Shown here one piece after another: positions 8,822 to 17,028 of a stretch of DNA of 34,421 nucleotides. The stretch's first letter is position 1; each line of letters opens with the position of its first letter. Made by a program: the position numbers and the translations under genes. Source of the stretch: an uncultured Coriobacteriaceae bacterium. GTDB lineage: Bacteria > Actinomycetota > Coriobacteriia > Coriobacteriales > QAMH01. Below the pieces are notes generated by a model. The model saw only the letters and a list, made by a program, of their open reading frames with translations, was not told the origin of the DNA and made no database searches. Location of the stretch: assembly GCA_902783925.1 (NCBI GenBank), contig CACZSV010000150.1:1-34421 (forward strand). Reading direction: 5' to 3'.

Positions 8822-10375
8822 CTATAGCGGAACCTCTTTCTCACGCACAAGGATGAATTGTCCTGGGCCAGATTTCAAACACACTGGGCAAACATAGGTA
8901 TCCATGTCGGTTCCCTTGAGCACTTCGGCCTGATACCCGCAAAACGTGCAGCGCCAAATTTGCACAACCTTGGTCTTTGCCTTCTCTTTAACCGGCTCGG
9001 GTTCTTTCTCCTCTATTTTGACCTTGCCTTCCATTCCAGGAGCGACAGGAATGCCGGCCGAGTTATACACAGCGACTTTTGCGGGCGGCTTTGCCATAGG
9101 CTTGGTCGCCCCGACAATAGGCGTCGGCTCTGGCGCAAGCTGGTGGACGTCGGCCATGACGGGCTCTTCGGGATTACGAATCGAATCGATGATGCTTTTC
9201 GCTAGTGCCTCGAGTTCGGCATCCTGCTCGTCTGTCATACGAGATTTGATGGTGAAAAGGTCACCCACGATTTGCGCTTCGGGTATCCGTTCTATGGACT
9301 CCATCATCTTTTTACCGGCAATGGGACCCCAGCTGCCGTTTTGGATAAACGAGAAGCGCCTACGACGCAGATTGTGCTCAACCATGCAATCGACGAGCTC
9401 GTTCATTTTGGGAAACACGCCTGCGTTGTACGTCACAGAGGCAAGCACGATATTGCTCGCACGAAACGCCTCAGAAAGCACGTAGCTCGGATCGGTCATG
9501 GAAAGATCGAACAGGGCGAGGTCGTGAATACCCGCATCACTCAGCTTGAACGCAAGTTTTTCGGCGACATCACGCGTGCCTCCGTACACAGACGCATACG
9601 CGATCACGACCGCTTCGTCTTCGGGCTCGTAGCTTGCCCACTTGCGATACTTCGCCGCAAGATCGGCAATATGGTCGCGCAGTATGGGCCCATGAAGCGG
9701 GCAGACCATCTCGATATCGAGGGTGTCGGCCTTGTCGAGGAGCTCGTTTACCTGCGTTCCGTACTTGCCGACTATATTGGTGTAATAGCGACGCATCTCG
9801 TCGAGAAGCTCGTTCTCAAAATCGTACATATCATCGAACAGGCGCCCGTCTAGCGCACCAAAGCTGCCAAAGGCATCGGCGGAAAAGAGGATTTTGTCCT
9901 CGACATCATAGGTAACCATGACCTCGGGCCAATGCACCATGGGAGCAAGCGCGAACGCCAGCGTATGCGTTCCCGTTTCGAGAGAATCGCCATCCTTGAC
10001 GACTATCGTCCGCTCTTCGAGCTCCGGGCCAAAGAACTGGCCAATGAGCTTCTTGCATGTTGCCGTGCACACGAGCTTCGCTGCGGGGTTGCGTTTTGCG
10101 ACCGTCTCGAGCGTTGCGCTGTGATCCGGTTCCATGTGATGCACGATGATGTAGTCGAGCTCGCGGTCTGCGAGCAGATAATCGAGCGTTTCGAGGAAGC
10201 GTTCCTCCACAGCGCGATCGATTGTGTCGAATAGGACTGCTTTTTCGTCGAGAAGCAGATAGTTGTTGTATGCCATGCCTTTGGGAACAGGATGATGCCC
10301 TTCAAAAATTCCCAGGCGTTTGTCGTCACCGCCAATCCAGTACAGATTCTTTGCAAGCTCAAATTCACAATGCAT
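8822..10375 (-). CDS. flavodiiron protein (FprA-type) fused to a C-terminal rubredoxin-like domain
   Basis: Metallo-beta-lactamase-like diiron motif HHMEPDHS, then a flavodoxin-like domain (VVIAYASVYGGTRDVAEKLA). A Pro/Lys/Glu-rich linker is followed by WRCTFCGY...YVCPVCL (CxxC...CxxC). The ATG at 10375 is preceded by GAGAAAGGG. Confidence 0.9.
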   Translation of the reverse strand: MHCEFELAKNLYWIGGDDKRLGIFEGHHPVPKGMAYNNYLLLDEKAVLFDTIDRAVEERFLETLDYLLADRELDYIIVHHMEPDHSATLETVAKRNPAAKLVCTATCKKLIGQFFGPELEERTIVVKDGDSLETGTHTLAFALAPMVHWPEVMVTYDVEDKILFSADAFGSFGALDGRLFDDMYDFENELLDEMRRYYTNIVGKYGTQVNELLDKADTLDIEMVCPLHGPILRDHIADLAAKYRKWASYEPEDEAVVIAYASVYGGTRDVAEKLAFKLSDAGIHDLALFDLSMTDPSYVLSEAFRASNIVLASVTYNAGVFPKMNELVDCMVEHNLRRRRFSFIQNGSWGPIAGKKMMESIERIPEAQIVGDLFTIKSRMTDEQDAELEALAKSIIDSIRNPEEPVMADVHQLAPEPTPIVGATKPMAKPPAKVAVYNSAGIPVAPGMEGKVKIEEKEPEPVKEKAKTKVVQIWRCTFCGYQAEVLKGTDMDTYVCPVCLKSGPGQFILVREKEVPL

Positions 10376-10479
10376 AGCGCGCCCTTTCTCTTCAGGCATT
10401 ATTGCTCTGAAACGAGTATACACGGCAGAAGGATTAGCACGTTAAATGCTCAAAACCGCCATGATTATTTAGAGGCTTT

Positions 10480-10983
10480 TCAGCGCATGGCAGAAAGCGC
10501 GACGAGATGCTCGATGATGGCAGAAACATCGGGTTCGGCACACATTTGTGGATCAATTGACCACTCGACGATACGCCCCGCATCCTTAGCGGCTTGCAGT
10601 GCGACAAAATCATTTGCGAACGCAACGGAAGTCCGCATGAGTGCATAACCTTGCGGACGCGTTTCGGAAAGCTCGACAAGCCAGGACGTGTGGCCCATAA
10701 CGCGCGATTCGGATAAGAGAGCCTTCCCCTGAAGCTCGATGATTACATGCTCGAGCAGATGCGCTTGTTCCGTACCGAGGAGCTCGTCGCCGAAGGTTTC
10801 GCCTGCTCCATTGACGCACACGTGGTTTTGAAGGTTTGGGAGTAGGCACAGCACGCGCTGCGCCTGGTCCTGGCTCACATGCAGTACATTGATGTCAACT
10901 TTGACATGCAGGTCGATCTTGCCGCGTCGTACACGGACGCGTTCTATAGCTAAGTGCCGCTGGGTGTTGGCGCTAGAATCCAT
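10480..10983 (-). CDS. small protein resembling the N-terminal domain of cyanophycin synthetase (stand-alone)
   Basis: LLPNLQNHVCVNGAGETFGDELLGTEQAHLLEHVIIELQGKA resembles the CphA1 N-domain as I recall it (LPSLEGHYCSPG....GTMMGHIVEHVALELQ). The ATG at 10983 lies 1 nt after the TAG of the upstream rlpA-like gene. The 240-aa track ORF extension overlaps that gene and was trimmed. Confidence 0.5.
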   Translation of the reverse strand: MDSSANTQRHLAIERVRVRRGKIDLHVKVDINVLHVSQDQAQRVLCLLPNLQNHVCVNGAGETFGDELLGTEQAHLLEHVIIELQGKALLSESRVMGHTSWLVELSETRPQGYALMRTSVAFANDFVALQAAKDAGRIVEWSIDPQMCAEPDVSAIIEHLVALSAMR

Positions 10984-10984
10984 G

Positions 10985-11521
10985 CTAAGCGACAACGCGG
11001 TATTCGAGCTGACCCACGCCATCGAATTCGAGTGCGTTTGCAACAGCGGGTTGCAAATCGATGTCACGGCCTGCGATAAAGGGGCCTCGATCACATACGG
11101 TAGCCTCGACGACCGTATCGTTGTAGATAATTTGCACGCAGGTTCCAAGGGGCAGAGTCTTATGCGCAATACCCATCGAGTCTTCTGTGACGATGCTGCC
11201 ATCGGAGCACGAGGACCCCATAAGACCGTCGCCTATGCCATAGGTGCTCGCTCCGCACGTCTCCCACGCGACACCCGCATCGAGCGATGCCTTGAAGCTG
11301 TTGGCATCCACCGAGCCACCGTTCTTGAGAATCGCCTGGAACAGAGGGCCAGAAACAACACCGGCAAGGACTTCGCTTGTCGCCGGCGTGGTTGCCGTTG
11401 CGACAGATGCCGCAGCGCCTGCAGCATCTGTCTCGTCAGCAAGAGCGGATACTCCCGTGCCAAGCACGAGCGTTCCCGTAACTCCAATTGCAATCAGTGT
11501 TTTTACGACATTTGTATTCAT
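10985..11521 (-). CDS. secreted RlpA-like double-psi beta-barrel (DPBB) protein
   Basis: Signal peptide (MNTNVVKTLIAIGVTGTLVLGTGVSALA) followed by an Ala/Thr linker. The C-terminal GIAHKTLPLGTCVQIIYNDTVVEATVCDRGPFIAGRDIDLQPAVANAL is RlpA/DPBB-like. Confidence 0.8.
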   Translation of the reverse strand: MNTNVVKTLIAIGVTGTLVLGTGVSALADETDAAGAAASVATATTPATSEVLAGVVSGPLFQAILKNGGSVDANSFKASLDAGVAWETCGASTYGIGDGLMGSSCSDGSIVTEDSMGIAHKTLPLGTCVQIIYNDTVVEATVCDRGPFIAGRDIDLQPAVANALEFDGVGQLEYRVVA

Positions 11522-11723
11522 GGTTATCGTAGCTCTGTCTTTCGTTTCGGTTTTATTCGTAGCTCAATTTGAGTGCATTCGAATTGCAACGAGGAAAGAC
11601 CCTAGCCAAGAGCATTAATCTAGGCAAACGAATATGGTGGCTTTATGAATGTCAACACTGTTCTCGATGATTTTTTGTGAAGACGCCCCTCAAAGGCGAA
11701 CGATTTGTGGAGGGCCTATGTCG

Positions 11724-11761
11724 AAAAGGGCACTAAGTCGGCAGATTGGACACCAGTGCTC
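11724..11761 (-). terminator. candidate intrinsic terminator after the HD-GYP gene
   Basis: On the minus strand, GAGCACT...AGTGCCC forms an imperfect stem (about 10 bp including G-U pairs) followed by TTTT. It starts 7 nt after the stop codon. The loop is large and the U-tract short. Confidence 0.3.
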
Positions 11762-11767
11762 AGGCGA

Positions 11768-13099
11768 TCACTCTTGCCCGCCAAATTGTAAATTCTGCAG
11801 GCGCTGCACGCGATCGTCGTCTATATTGCTGCCCTCTTTACGTCGGCGTGCCACGAACACGTCGGTCATTTCGGGATCGAACTGCGTGCCGCGCCCCTCT
11901 TCAATGATGACTATGGCCTCTTCAACCGAGAATGCCCTCTTATAGCAGCGCTCGTGGGTTAGAGCATCGAACACATCGGCGAGTGCCATGGCGCGCGCCT
12001 CGACGGGGATTTCTTCTCCTGCTAACCCATCGGGATAGCCGCTGCCATCCCAGCGTTCATGATGAGAGCGCACAATGTTGCGAGCAATCTGAAGCTCGTT
12101 ATCGTCCACAAGCCCGTTCAGAGTTCGCTGAATAAGCGTCTCGCCGTATATCGTGTGCAGCTTCATCTGCTCGAATTCCTCGGCAGTCAACTTGGCGGGC
12201 TTGTTTAAGATGGCATCGGGGATTTGTAACTTTCCAATGTCGTGTAGCGAAGCGCACATTACTGTATAGCGCACAAACGACTCGGGGAACTGGTCGCGCC
12301 AATTGTCTTGCTCGCGTAAATCCTCGAGCAGGTCGGACACGAACAGACACGTACGCGTTACATGGCCTCCTGTGTCCTCATCACGACCCTCAACGACATT
12401 TGAGAGACGCATGAGAATGGCGCCCTGCACGGCATTCAGGCGTTCGGTCTCCATATCAAGCTTAATGTGGTCAACCACCTGCCGCACGTGTTCGGTCGAT
12501 ATGGTGCAGTACAGCACGGCGCCCACGGCTGTGAAGGTAATGGCGTCGAGTAGATTTACATTGAAGACCCATGGGCTACTGAGCTGCCACGACAAGACGA
12601 TAAACAGACATGCCCAGAAGATCTCGAACACAATCATACGCCTTGCTACATCGGTGAACATAAGGGGCAACGCAACGAGCAGTACCATGAAGGTGACGGC
12701 AGGATAGTCGTTTGGCATTGAATGCTGAAACGCAATGCCCAACCCGTAGAGCATGGCGGCAGACAAACCGATAAAACAGAACGCGAGCAGGCTGCTGTGA
12801 CCTTTCATGAGGGTGCTACGCGAAAAAATCGCGATCAGTACGCAGAGAATCAGCAGAGCCACGTACATGGGAAATGACGGTACCGTGGCAGCGTTAGCAG
12901 CATTCCCAGAAATCAGTATGATGCCTTCGGCAATGCCGAGAAGCGCCAAGATGAACATGCTCCGTCGGTTTCGAGGTTCAAGCTCATCTTTCACGCGGCT
13001 AAACAATGCCGGATCCACGCCACCAGAACACAGCGTGCGACGCATCCACTGCGTCCACGGTACATGCTCGCGCTCGGTTTTTCCGGCATCTCTCAGCAT
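11768..13099 (-). CDS. membrane-anchored HD-GYP domain protein (putative c-di-GMP phosphodiesterase)
   Basis: About 6-7 hydrophobic helices at the N-terminus. The C-terminal domain has HDIGKLQIP...HHERWDGSGYPDGL (HD + HHExxDGxGYP). ATG at 13099 preferred over the GTG at 13135 because a TATAAT sits at 13141-13146. Confidence 0.85.
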   Translation of the reverse strand: MLRDAGKTEREHVPWTQWMRRTLCSGGVDPALFSRVKDELEPRNRRSMFILALLGIAEGIILISGNAANAATVPSFPMYVALLILCVLIAIFSRSTLMKGHSSLLAFCFIGLSAAMLYGLGIAFQHSMPNDYPAVTFMVLLVALPLMFTDVARRMIVFEIFWACLFIVLSWQLSSPWVFNVNLLDAITFTAVGAVLYCTISTEHVRQVVDHIKLDMETERLNAVQGAILMRLSNVVEGRDEDTGGHVTRTCLFVSDLLEDLREQDNWRDQFPESFVRYTVMCASLHDIGKLQIPDAILNKPAKLTAEEFEQMKLHTIYGETLIQRTLNGLVDDNELQIARNIVRSHHERWDGSGYPDGLAGEEIPVEARAMALADVFDALTHERCYKRAFSVEEAIVIIEEGRGTQFDPEMTDVFVARRRKEGSNIDDDRVQRLQNLQFGGQE

Positions 13100-13140
13100 T
13101 TCCCGCTCGTGCCTTTCGCCCGACAGGTACAGCACGTTGC

Positions 13141-13146
13141 ATTATA
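13141..13146 (-). promoter_or_regulatory. candidate -10 hexamer (TATAAT) for the HD-GYP gene
   Basis: A perfect TATAAT on the minus strand lies about 42 nt upstream of the ATG at 13099 and immediately downstream of the purE stop. No convincing -35 was seen. Confidence 0.3.
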
Positions 13147-13166
13147 CGCACAAATCTGCCAACCCC

Positions 13167-13631
13167 TTAGCCCAGGGCAAGTTCGCGCTTGTAATCGATA
13201 ATCACCTGACGGTATTCGGGCATCGCCACGCTCAGTATCTGCGTTGCAAGTATCGCTGCATTCTTGGTTCCGTTGATTGCAACGCATGCCAAAGGAACAC
13301 CCGTTGGCATTTGAACAGTCGAAAGCAGAGAATCCATACCGCCAAGATCGCTCGTCTTCATGGGAATCGCGACAACCGGCAGCGGTGTATGGGCTGCCAC
13401 AACGCCACCGAGTGCGGCAGCTTTACCAGCGCCGGCGATGATGACTTTGATGCCACGCTCTTCTGCGCTCAGCGCCCAAGCCCGAACATCGTCGGGGTTA
13501 CGGTGGGCGGAATGGATAACGAGCTCGTAGGGAACTCCGAACTTTTCGAGCATCTCTTTGCAGCCATCCATGGCAGGCAGGTCAGATTTCGAACCGAGAA
13601 TGATTCCTACCAGGGGTTTTGTCTCGGACAT
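13167..13631 (-). CDS. purE: N5-carboxyaminoimidazole ribonucleotide mutase (class I PurE)
   Basis: VGIILGSKSDLP, SAHRNP (the class I SAHR motif), IIAGAGKAAALGGVVAA and TVQMPTGVP. The ATG at 13631 is preceded by GGAG at 6-nt spacing. An ATG at 13664 (a TAATG overlap with the nudix stop) is an alternative. Confidence 0.9.
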   Translation of the reverse strand: MSETKPLVGIILGSKSDLPAMDGCKEMLEKFGVPYELVIHSAHRNPDDVRAWALSAEERGIKVIIAGAGKAAALGGVVAAHTPLPVVAIPMKTSDLGGMDSLLSTVQMPTGVPLACVAINGTKNAAILATQILSVAMPEYRQVIIDYKRELALG

Positions 13632-13663
13632 TGCATCTCCTATCAATCGAGTAGCATGCGGCA

Positions 13664-14236
13664 TTAGCCAAGTCTGTGACGCAGGGCATCGCAGATGAGC
13701 GCTGCGACCACGGTCTTGGAATCTTCGATGCGCCCATCGAGGACGGAATCAATAAGACATTCGAGGTCAACCCATTCCGCCGAAACAAACTCATCCTCGT
13801 CTGGATGCGCTTGCCCGCGAGAAAGCTCGGTGGCCATGTACAGGTGAATGATTTCGTCGCTATAACCCGCAGCCGTTGCAATCGATGCCAGACGGCGCAC
13901 CTTTCCGGCAACATACCCGGTCTCTTCCGAAAGCTCACGGCGCACGGCGTCTTCGGGATCTTCGCCCACATCGATCTTGCCAGCAGGTACCTCGACTGTC
14001 ATTCGCTCCAGTGCAGTTCGATACTGCCGAACCAGAAGTATACGCTCGTTGCCATCGAGCGCGATTACGCACACAGCGCCCGGATGACGGATGACCTCAT
14101 GGACTTTATGCTTGCCGTTCGGCAGCTCGACATCCACTGCATCTACCTTGAGAAACCCACCATCATAGGCACGTTTGGAATCGAGTATGATCTCTTCGAG
14201 ACCGGGCTCATCCCGATGTTCGATTAAATCTCCCAT
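13664..14236 (-). CDS. NUDIX hydrolase, ADP-ribose pyrophosphatase-like
   Basis: Nudix box GKIDVGEDPEDAVRRELSEETGY. Overall NudF-like layout. The start overlaps the purD 3' end by 13 nt. Confidence 0.85.
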   Translation of the reverse strand: MGDLIEHRDEPGLEEIILDSKRAYDGGFLKVDAVDVELPNGKHKVHEVIRHPGAVCVIALDGNERILLVRQYRTALERMTVEVPAGKIDVGEDPEDAVRRELSEETGYVAGKVRRLASIATAAGYSDEIIHLYMATELSRGQAHPDEDEFVSAEWVDLECLIDSVLDGRIEDSKTVVAALICDALRHRLG

Positions 14237-15507
14237 GCGTCACGGCCCCTCAAAGCGCGGGCCCCAATATCGCGCCGCATGAATTTTCCATCCCAGTTGA
14301 TGAGATCGCATGCCTCGTAGGCGCGGTCACGGGCCGCCTGGAAGCTTTCGCCGAGCGCGGTCACGTTGAGGACGCGCCCACCGTTGGTGTAGAACTTGCC
14401 GTCTTCGAGCTTGGTACCCGCATGATACACATGCACGCCCTCAAGAGCATTCGCCTCGTCGATACCCGTAATCTCGAAGCCCTTCTTATAATCGCCAGGG
14501 TAGCCATCACTTGCGAGCACTACGCTTACCGCCCACTCCGGCTTCCATGCAAGCTCGATATCCGCAAGCTTCTTGTTTGCAGTCGCAACCATCACGTCTA
14601 CTAGATCAGTCTCGAGGCGCGGCAAAACAACCTGTGTTTCCGGATCGCCAAAGCGCGCGTTGAATTCGAGCAGGCGCGGGCCGGTTTCGGTGAGCATGAA
14701 ACCACCATACAGGCAGCCGCGATAATCGATACCCTCTGCCTTGAGGCCGGCCACGGTGCGTTCCATGACGTCAATCATCGTTGCGTATTCATCATCGGTG
14801 ACAATGGGCACAGGCGAATACACGCCCATGCCGCCCGTATTGGGTCCTTCATCGTTTTCGTATGCGCGCTTGTGGTCTTGCGAAGGCGCCATGGGCTTCA
14901 CGGTCTCGCCATCGGTAAAGGCGAGAATCGAGCATTCCGGCCCCTTCATGCACTCCTCGATGACAACGGTCGCGCCGGCCTCGCCAAAACGTCCGTCGAA
15001 GCATTCGCGCACCGCGTCTTCTGCTTCTTGCAGGGTCTGGGCAACAGTAACGCCCTTCCCAGCGGCGAGGCCATCTGCCTTGACAACGATGGGCGCTCCC
15101 TGCTCACGAAGATACGCCAGGGCCTCTTCGAGATTCGTGCAAGTCTTATAAGCTGCAGTGGGCAAATCGTACTTCATCATGATGCTCTTGCTGAAATCTT
15201 TCGAGCCCTCCATGCGAGCTCCGTCAGCTCCTGGGCCAAAACAGTCTATTCCAGCATCACGAACGCAGTCGGCAACGCCTGCAACCAACGGAGCCTCGGG
15301 GCCAATAACCACAAGCGAGCAGTCATTCTTTTTGGCCCAGGCAGCCACGGCTTCTCCGTCGTTTATATCGAGAGCAACATTCTCGCCAAGGGCTGCAGTG
15401 CCACCGTTACCGGGAGCAATGTAGAGCTTTTCGCATTTTGGAGACGCGACAATCGACGTTGCGATCGCGCATTCGCGTCCGCCACTTCCAAGAAGCAAGA
15501 TATTCAT
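14224..15507 (-). CDS. purD: phosphoribosylamine-glycine ligase (GAR synthetase)
   Basis: MNILLLGSGGRECA, an ATP-grasp core and a C-terminal GGRVLNVTALG. The ATG at 15507 overlaps the purA stop (TAATG). An ATG at 15516 is an alternative. Confidence 0.95.
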   Translation of the reverse strand: MNILLLGSGGRECAIATSIVASPKCEKLYIAPGNGGTAALGENVALDINDGEAVAAWAKKNDCSLVVIGPEAPLVAGVADCVRDAGIDCFGPGADGARMEGSKDFSKSIMMKYDLPTAAYKTCTNLEEALAYLREQGAPIVVKADGLAAGKGVTVAQTLQEAEDAVRECFDGRFGEAGATVVIEECMKGPECSILAFTDGETVKPMAPSQDHKRAYENDEGPNTGGMGVYSPVPIVTDDEYATMIDVMERTVAGLKAEGIDYRGCLYGGFMLTETGPRLLEFNARFGDPETQVVLPRLETDLVDVMVATANKKLADIELAWKPEWAVSVVLASDGYPGDYKKGFEITGIDEANALEGVHVYHAGTKLEDGKFYTNGGRVLNVTALGESFQAARDRAYEACDLINWDGKFMRRDIGARALRGRDAWEI

Positions 15508-16787
15508 TACTTCCATCCTCTCATTATGGTTTGTTCGCGATCTGGTCCGACCGTCACAATGCTGATGGGCACCCCTGCAAGCTCTTCGAGTCGCTCGATG
15601 TAATCTCGCGCCTCCTGCGGAAGCTCTTCGAATTTACGGCAGTTGGAGATATCACATTGCCAACTCGGCATTTCCTCGTAAATCGGCTTTGCATGATGAA
15701 ACGCCGTCTGCTGGCTTGGCACGTTTTCGTACACAACGCCATCGGCTTCATAGGCTGTGCAGATCTTGATGGTGTCAACTGCGCCAAGAACATCGAGCTT
15801 GGTAAGCGCAATGTCTGTGAGACCGTTGATGTCTGCGGCATAGCGAATGATAACGGCGTCATACCATCCACAGCGACGGCGACGCCCCGTGGTCACGCCA
15901 AACTCATGACCGGCTTCGCCCAGAGTTTCTCCGTACGAATCGAAAAGCTCCGTGGGAAACGGCCCGCTTCCGACTCGCGTCATATACGCCTTGGCAACGC
16001 CAAGCACCTTGTCGATGCGTGTGGGGCCGACGCCCGCACCTGTCATAGCGCCGCCGGCGGTGCAGTTGCTCGAAGTAACAAACGGATAGGTGCCGTGGTC
16101 GATGTCGAGCTGCGTTGCCTGGGCCCCTTCGAAAAGAACGGTTTTGCCCGCACGCATTTCCGCATTGAGCAACTGGCTGCCGTCAACCACATGGTCACGG
16201 ATGTTCTCTGCATATTCCAGATACTCGTGCCAAATCTCATCAACGGTATACGTGGGCATATCGTAGACCTCGCGCAGGATATCGTTTTTCACCGCAAGGG
16301 CCGCCTCAATTTTCTGGCGCAAAATCTTCGCGTCGAGCAGATCCTGCACGCGAATGCCGTAGCGAGCGAATTTATCCTGATAGCACGGGCCTATGCCCCG
16401 CTTGGTCGTGCCAATCTTATTTGCGCCGAGACGCGCCTCGGAAGCGCCATCGAGCACGCGATGGTACGGCATGATGAGATGGGCATTGCAGCTGATGAGA
16501 AGCTTATCGGTGGAGATGCCCTTTTCTTCGAGCTCGCGCATTTCCCCGCAGAGGACTTTCGGGTCGATAACGCACCCATTGCCGATCATGGGCGTGACGC
16601 TATCATACATAATGCCCGAGGGGATGAGATGCAACGCGAGTTTTGTGTCACCGTAGATAACAGTGTGGCCAGCGTTGTTTCCGCCCTGAAAGCGAACCAC
16701 GTAATCATAATCATTTGCCAGAAGGTCTGTGACCTTGCCTTTTCCTTCGTCACCCCACTGGGTTCCCACCAAGACGGTACCCGACAT
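15507..16787 (-). CDS. purA: adenylosuccinate synthetase
   Basis: MSGTVLVGTQWGDEGKGKVTDLL, GGNNAGHTV, TTKRGIGPCY and GVTTGRRRRCGW. The ATG at 16787 is preceded by AAGGAG; the track ORF's 53-aa N-terminal extension was discarded. Confidence 0.95.
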   Translation of the reverse strand: MSGTVLVGTQWGDEGKGKVTDLLANDYDYVVRFQGGNNAGHTVIYGDTKLALHLIPSGIMYDSVTPMIGNGCVIDPKVLCGEMRELEEKGISTDKLLISCNAHLIMPYHRVLDGASEARLGANKIGTTKRGIGPCYQDKFARYGIRVQDLLDAKILRQKIEAALAVKNDILREVYDMPTYTVDEIWHEYLEYAENIRDHVVDGSQLLNAEMRAGKTVLFEGAQATQLDIDHGTYPFVTSSNCTAGGAMTGAGVGPTRIDKVLGVAKAYMTRVGSGPFPTELFDSYGETLGEAGHEFGVTTGRRRRCGWYDAVIIRYAADINGLTDIALTKLDVLGAVDTIKICTAYEADGVVYENVPSQQTAFHHAKPIYEEMPSWQCDISNCRKFEELPQEARDYIERLEELAGVPISIVTVGPDREQTIMRGWK

Positions 16788-17028
16788 ATATATCTCCTTA
16801 TTAAGAAGCTGATAACCTGACGAACCGTACCATTGTACCCCACGAAAATGTACTCGAGGCCCTTGATAAGCAGGGGTACCCCGAGAGGGCGTGACCTCGG
16901 CGAATCGGCGAGACGTTTCTCGCGACCCACTGACTGGTCGGTGCACGAAGCGCCTGCTGCTTCACGAACCCCTTGTGGCATAATGCGCCCAAAGTACGTT
17001 TTGACACGGGAAGGTACTACACGAGCAC

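Noticed and set aside
10984-11202. N-terminal 73-aa extension of the 240-aa track ORF (10480-11202), overlapping the rlpA-like gene in another frame.
   Set aside because: The overlapped region is clearly coding for the RlpA-like DPBB domain. An ATG at 10983 sits 1 nt after that gene's stop and gives a compact domain-sized protein.
11522-11767. c-di-AMP (ydaO-type) riboswitch upstream of the rlpA-like gene, expected because such riboswitches often precede actinobacterial wall-hydrolase genes.
   Set aside because: Reading the minus strand, I could not find the conserved ydaO sequence blocks or the pseudo-two-fold architecture. Only weak hairpins are present. A cmscan against Rfam would be the decisive check.
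15438-16820. 460-aa plus-strand ORF, the longest of many long ORFs antisense to well-identified genes. Others are 76-579, 2037-2633, 2673-3470, 3471-4238, 4085-5017, 12807-13667, 13676-14227, 14872-15603, 19858-21177, 21758-22936, 23775-24554, 29310-30311, 32213-33034 and 33491-34168.
   Set aside because: Each lies exactly opposite a gene with unmistakable family motifs (purA, dnaB, leuA, serA, ilvB and others). Their translations are Arg/His/Leu-rich with no recognisable motifs and no SD. These are typical shadow ORFs of GC-rich coding DNA.
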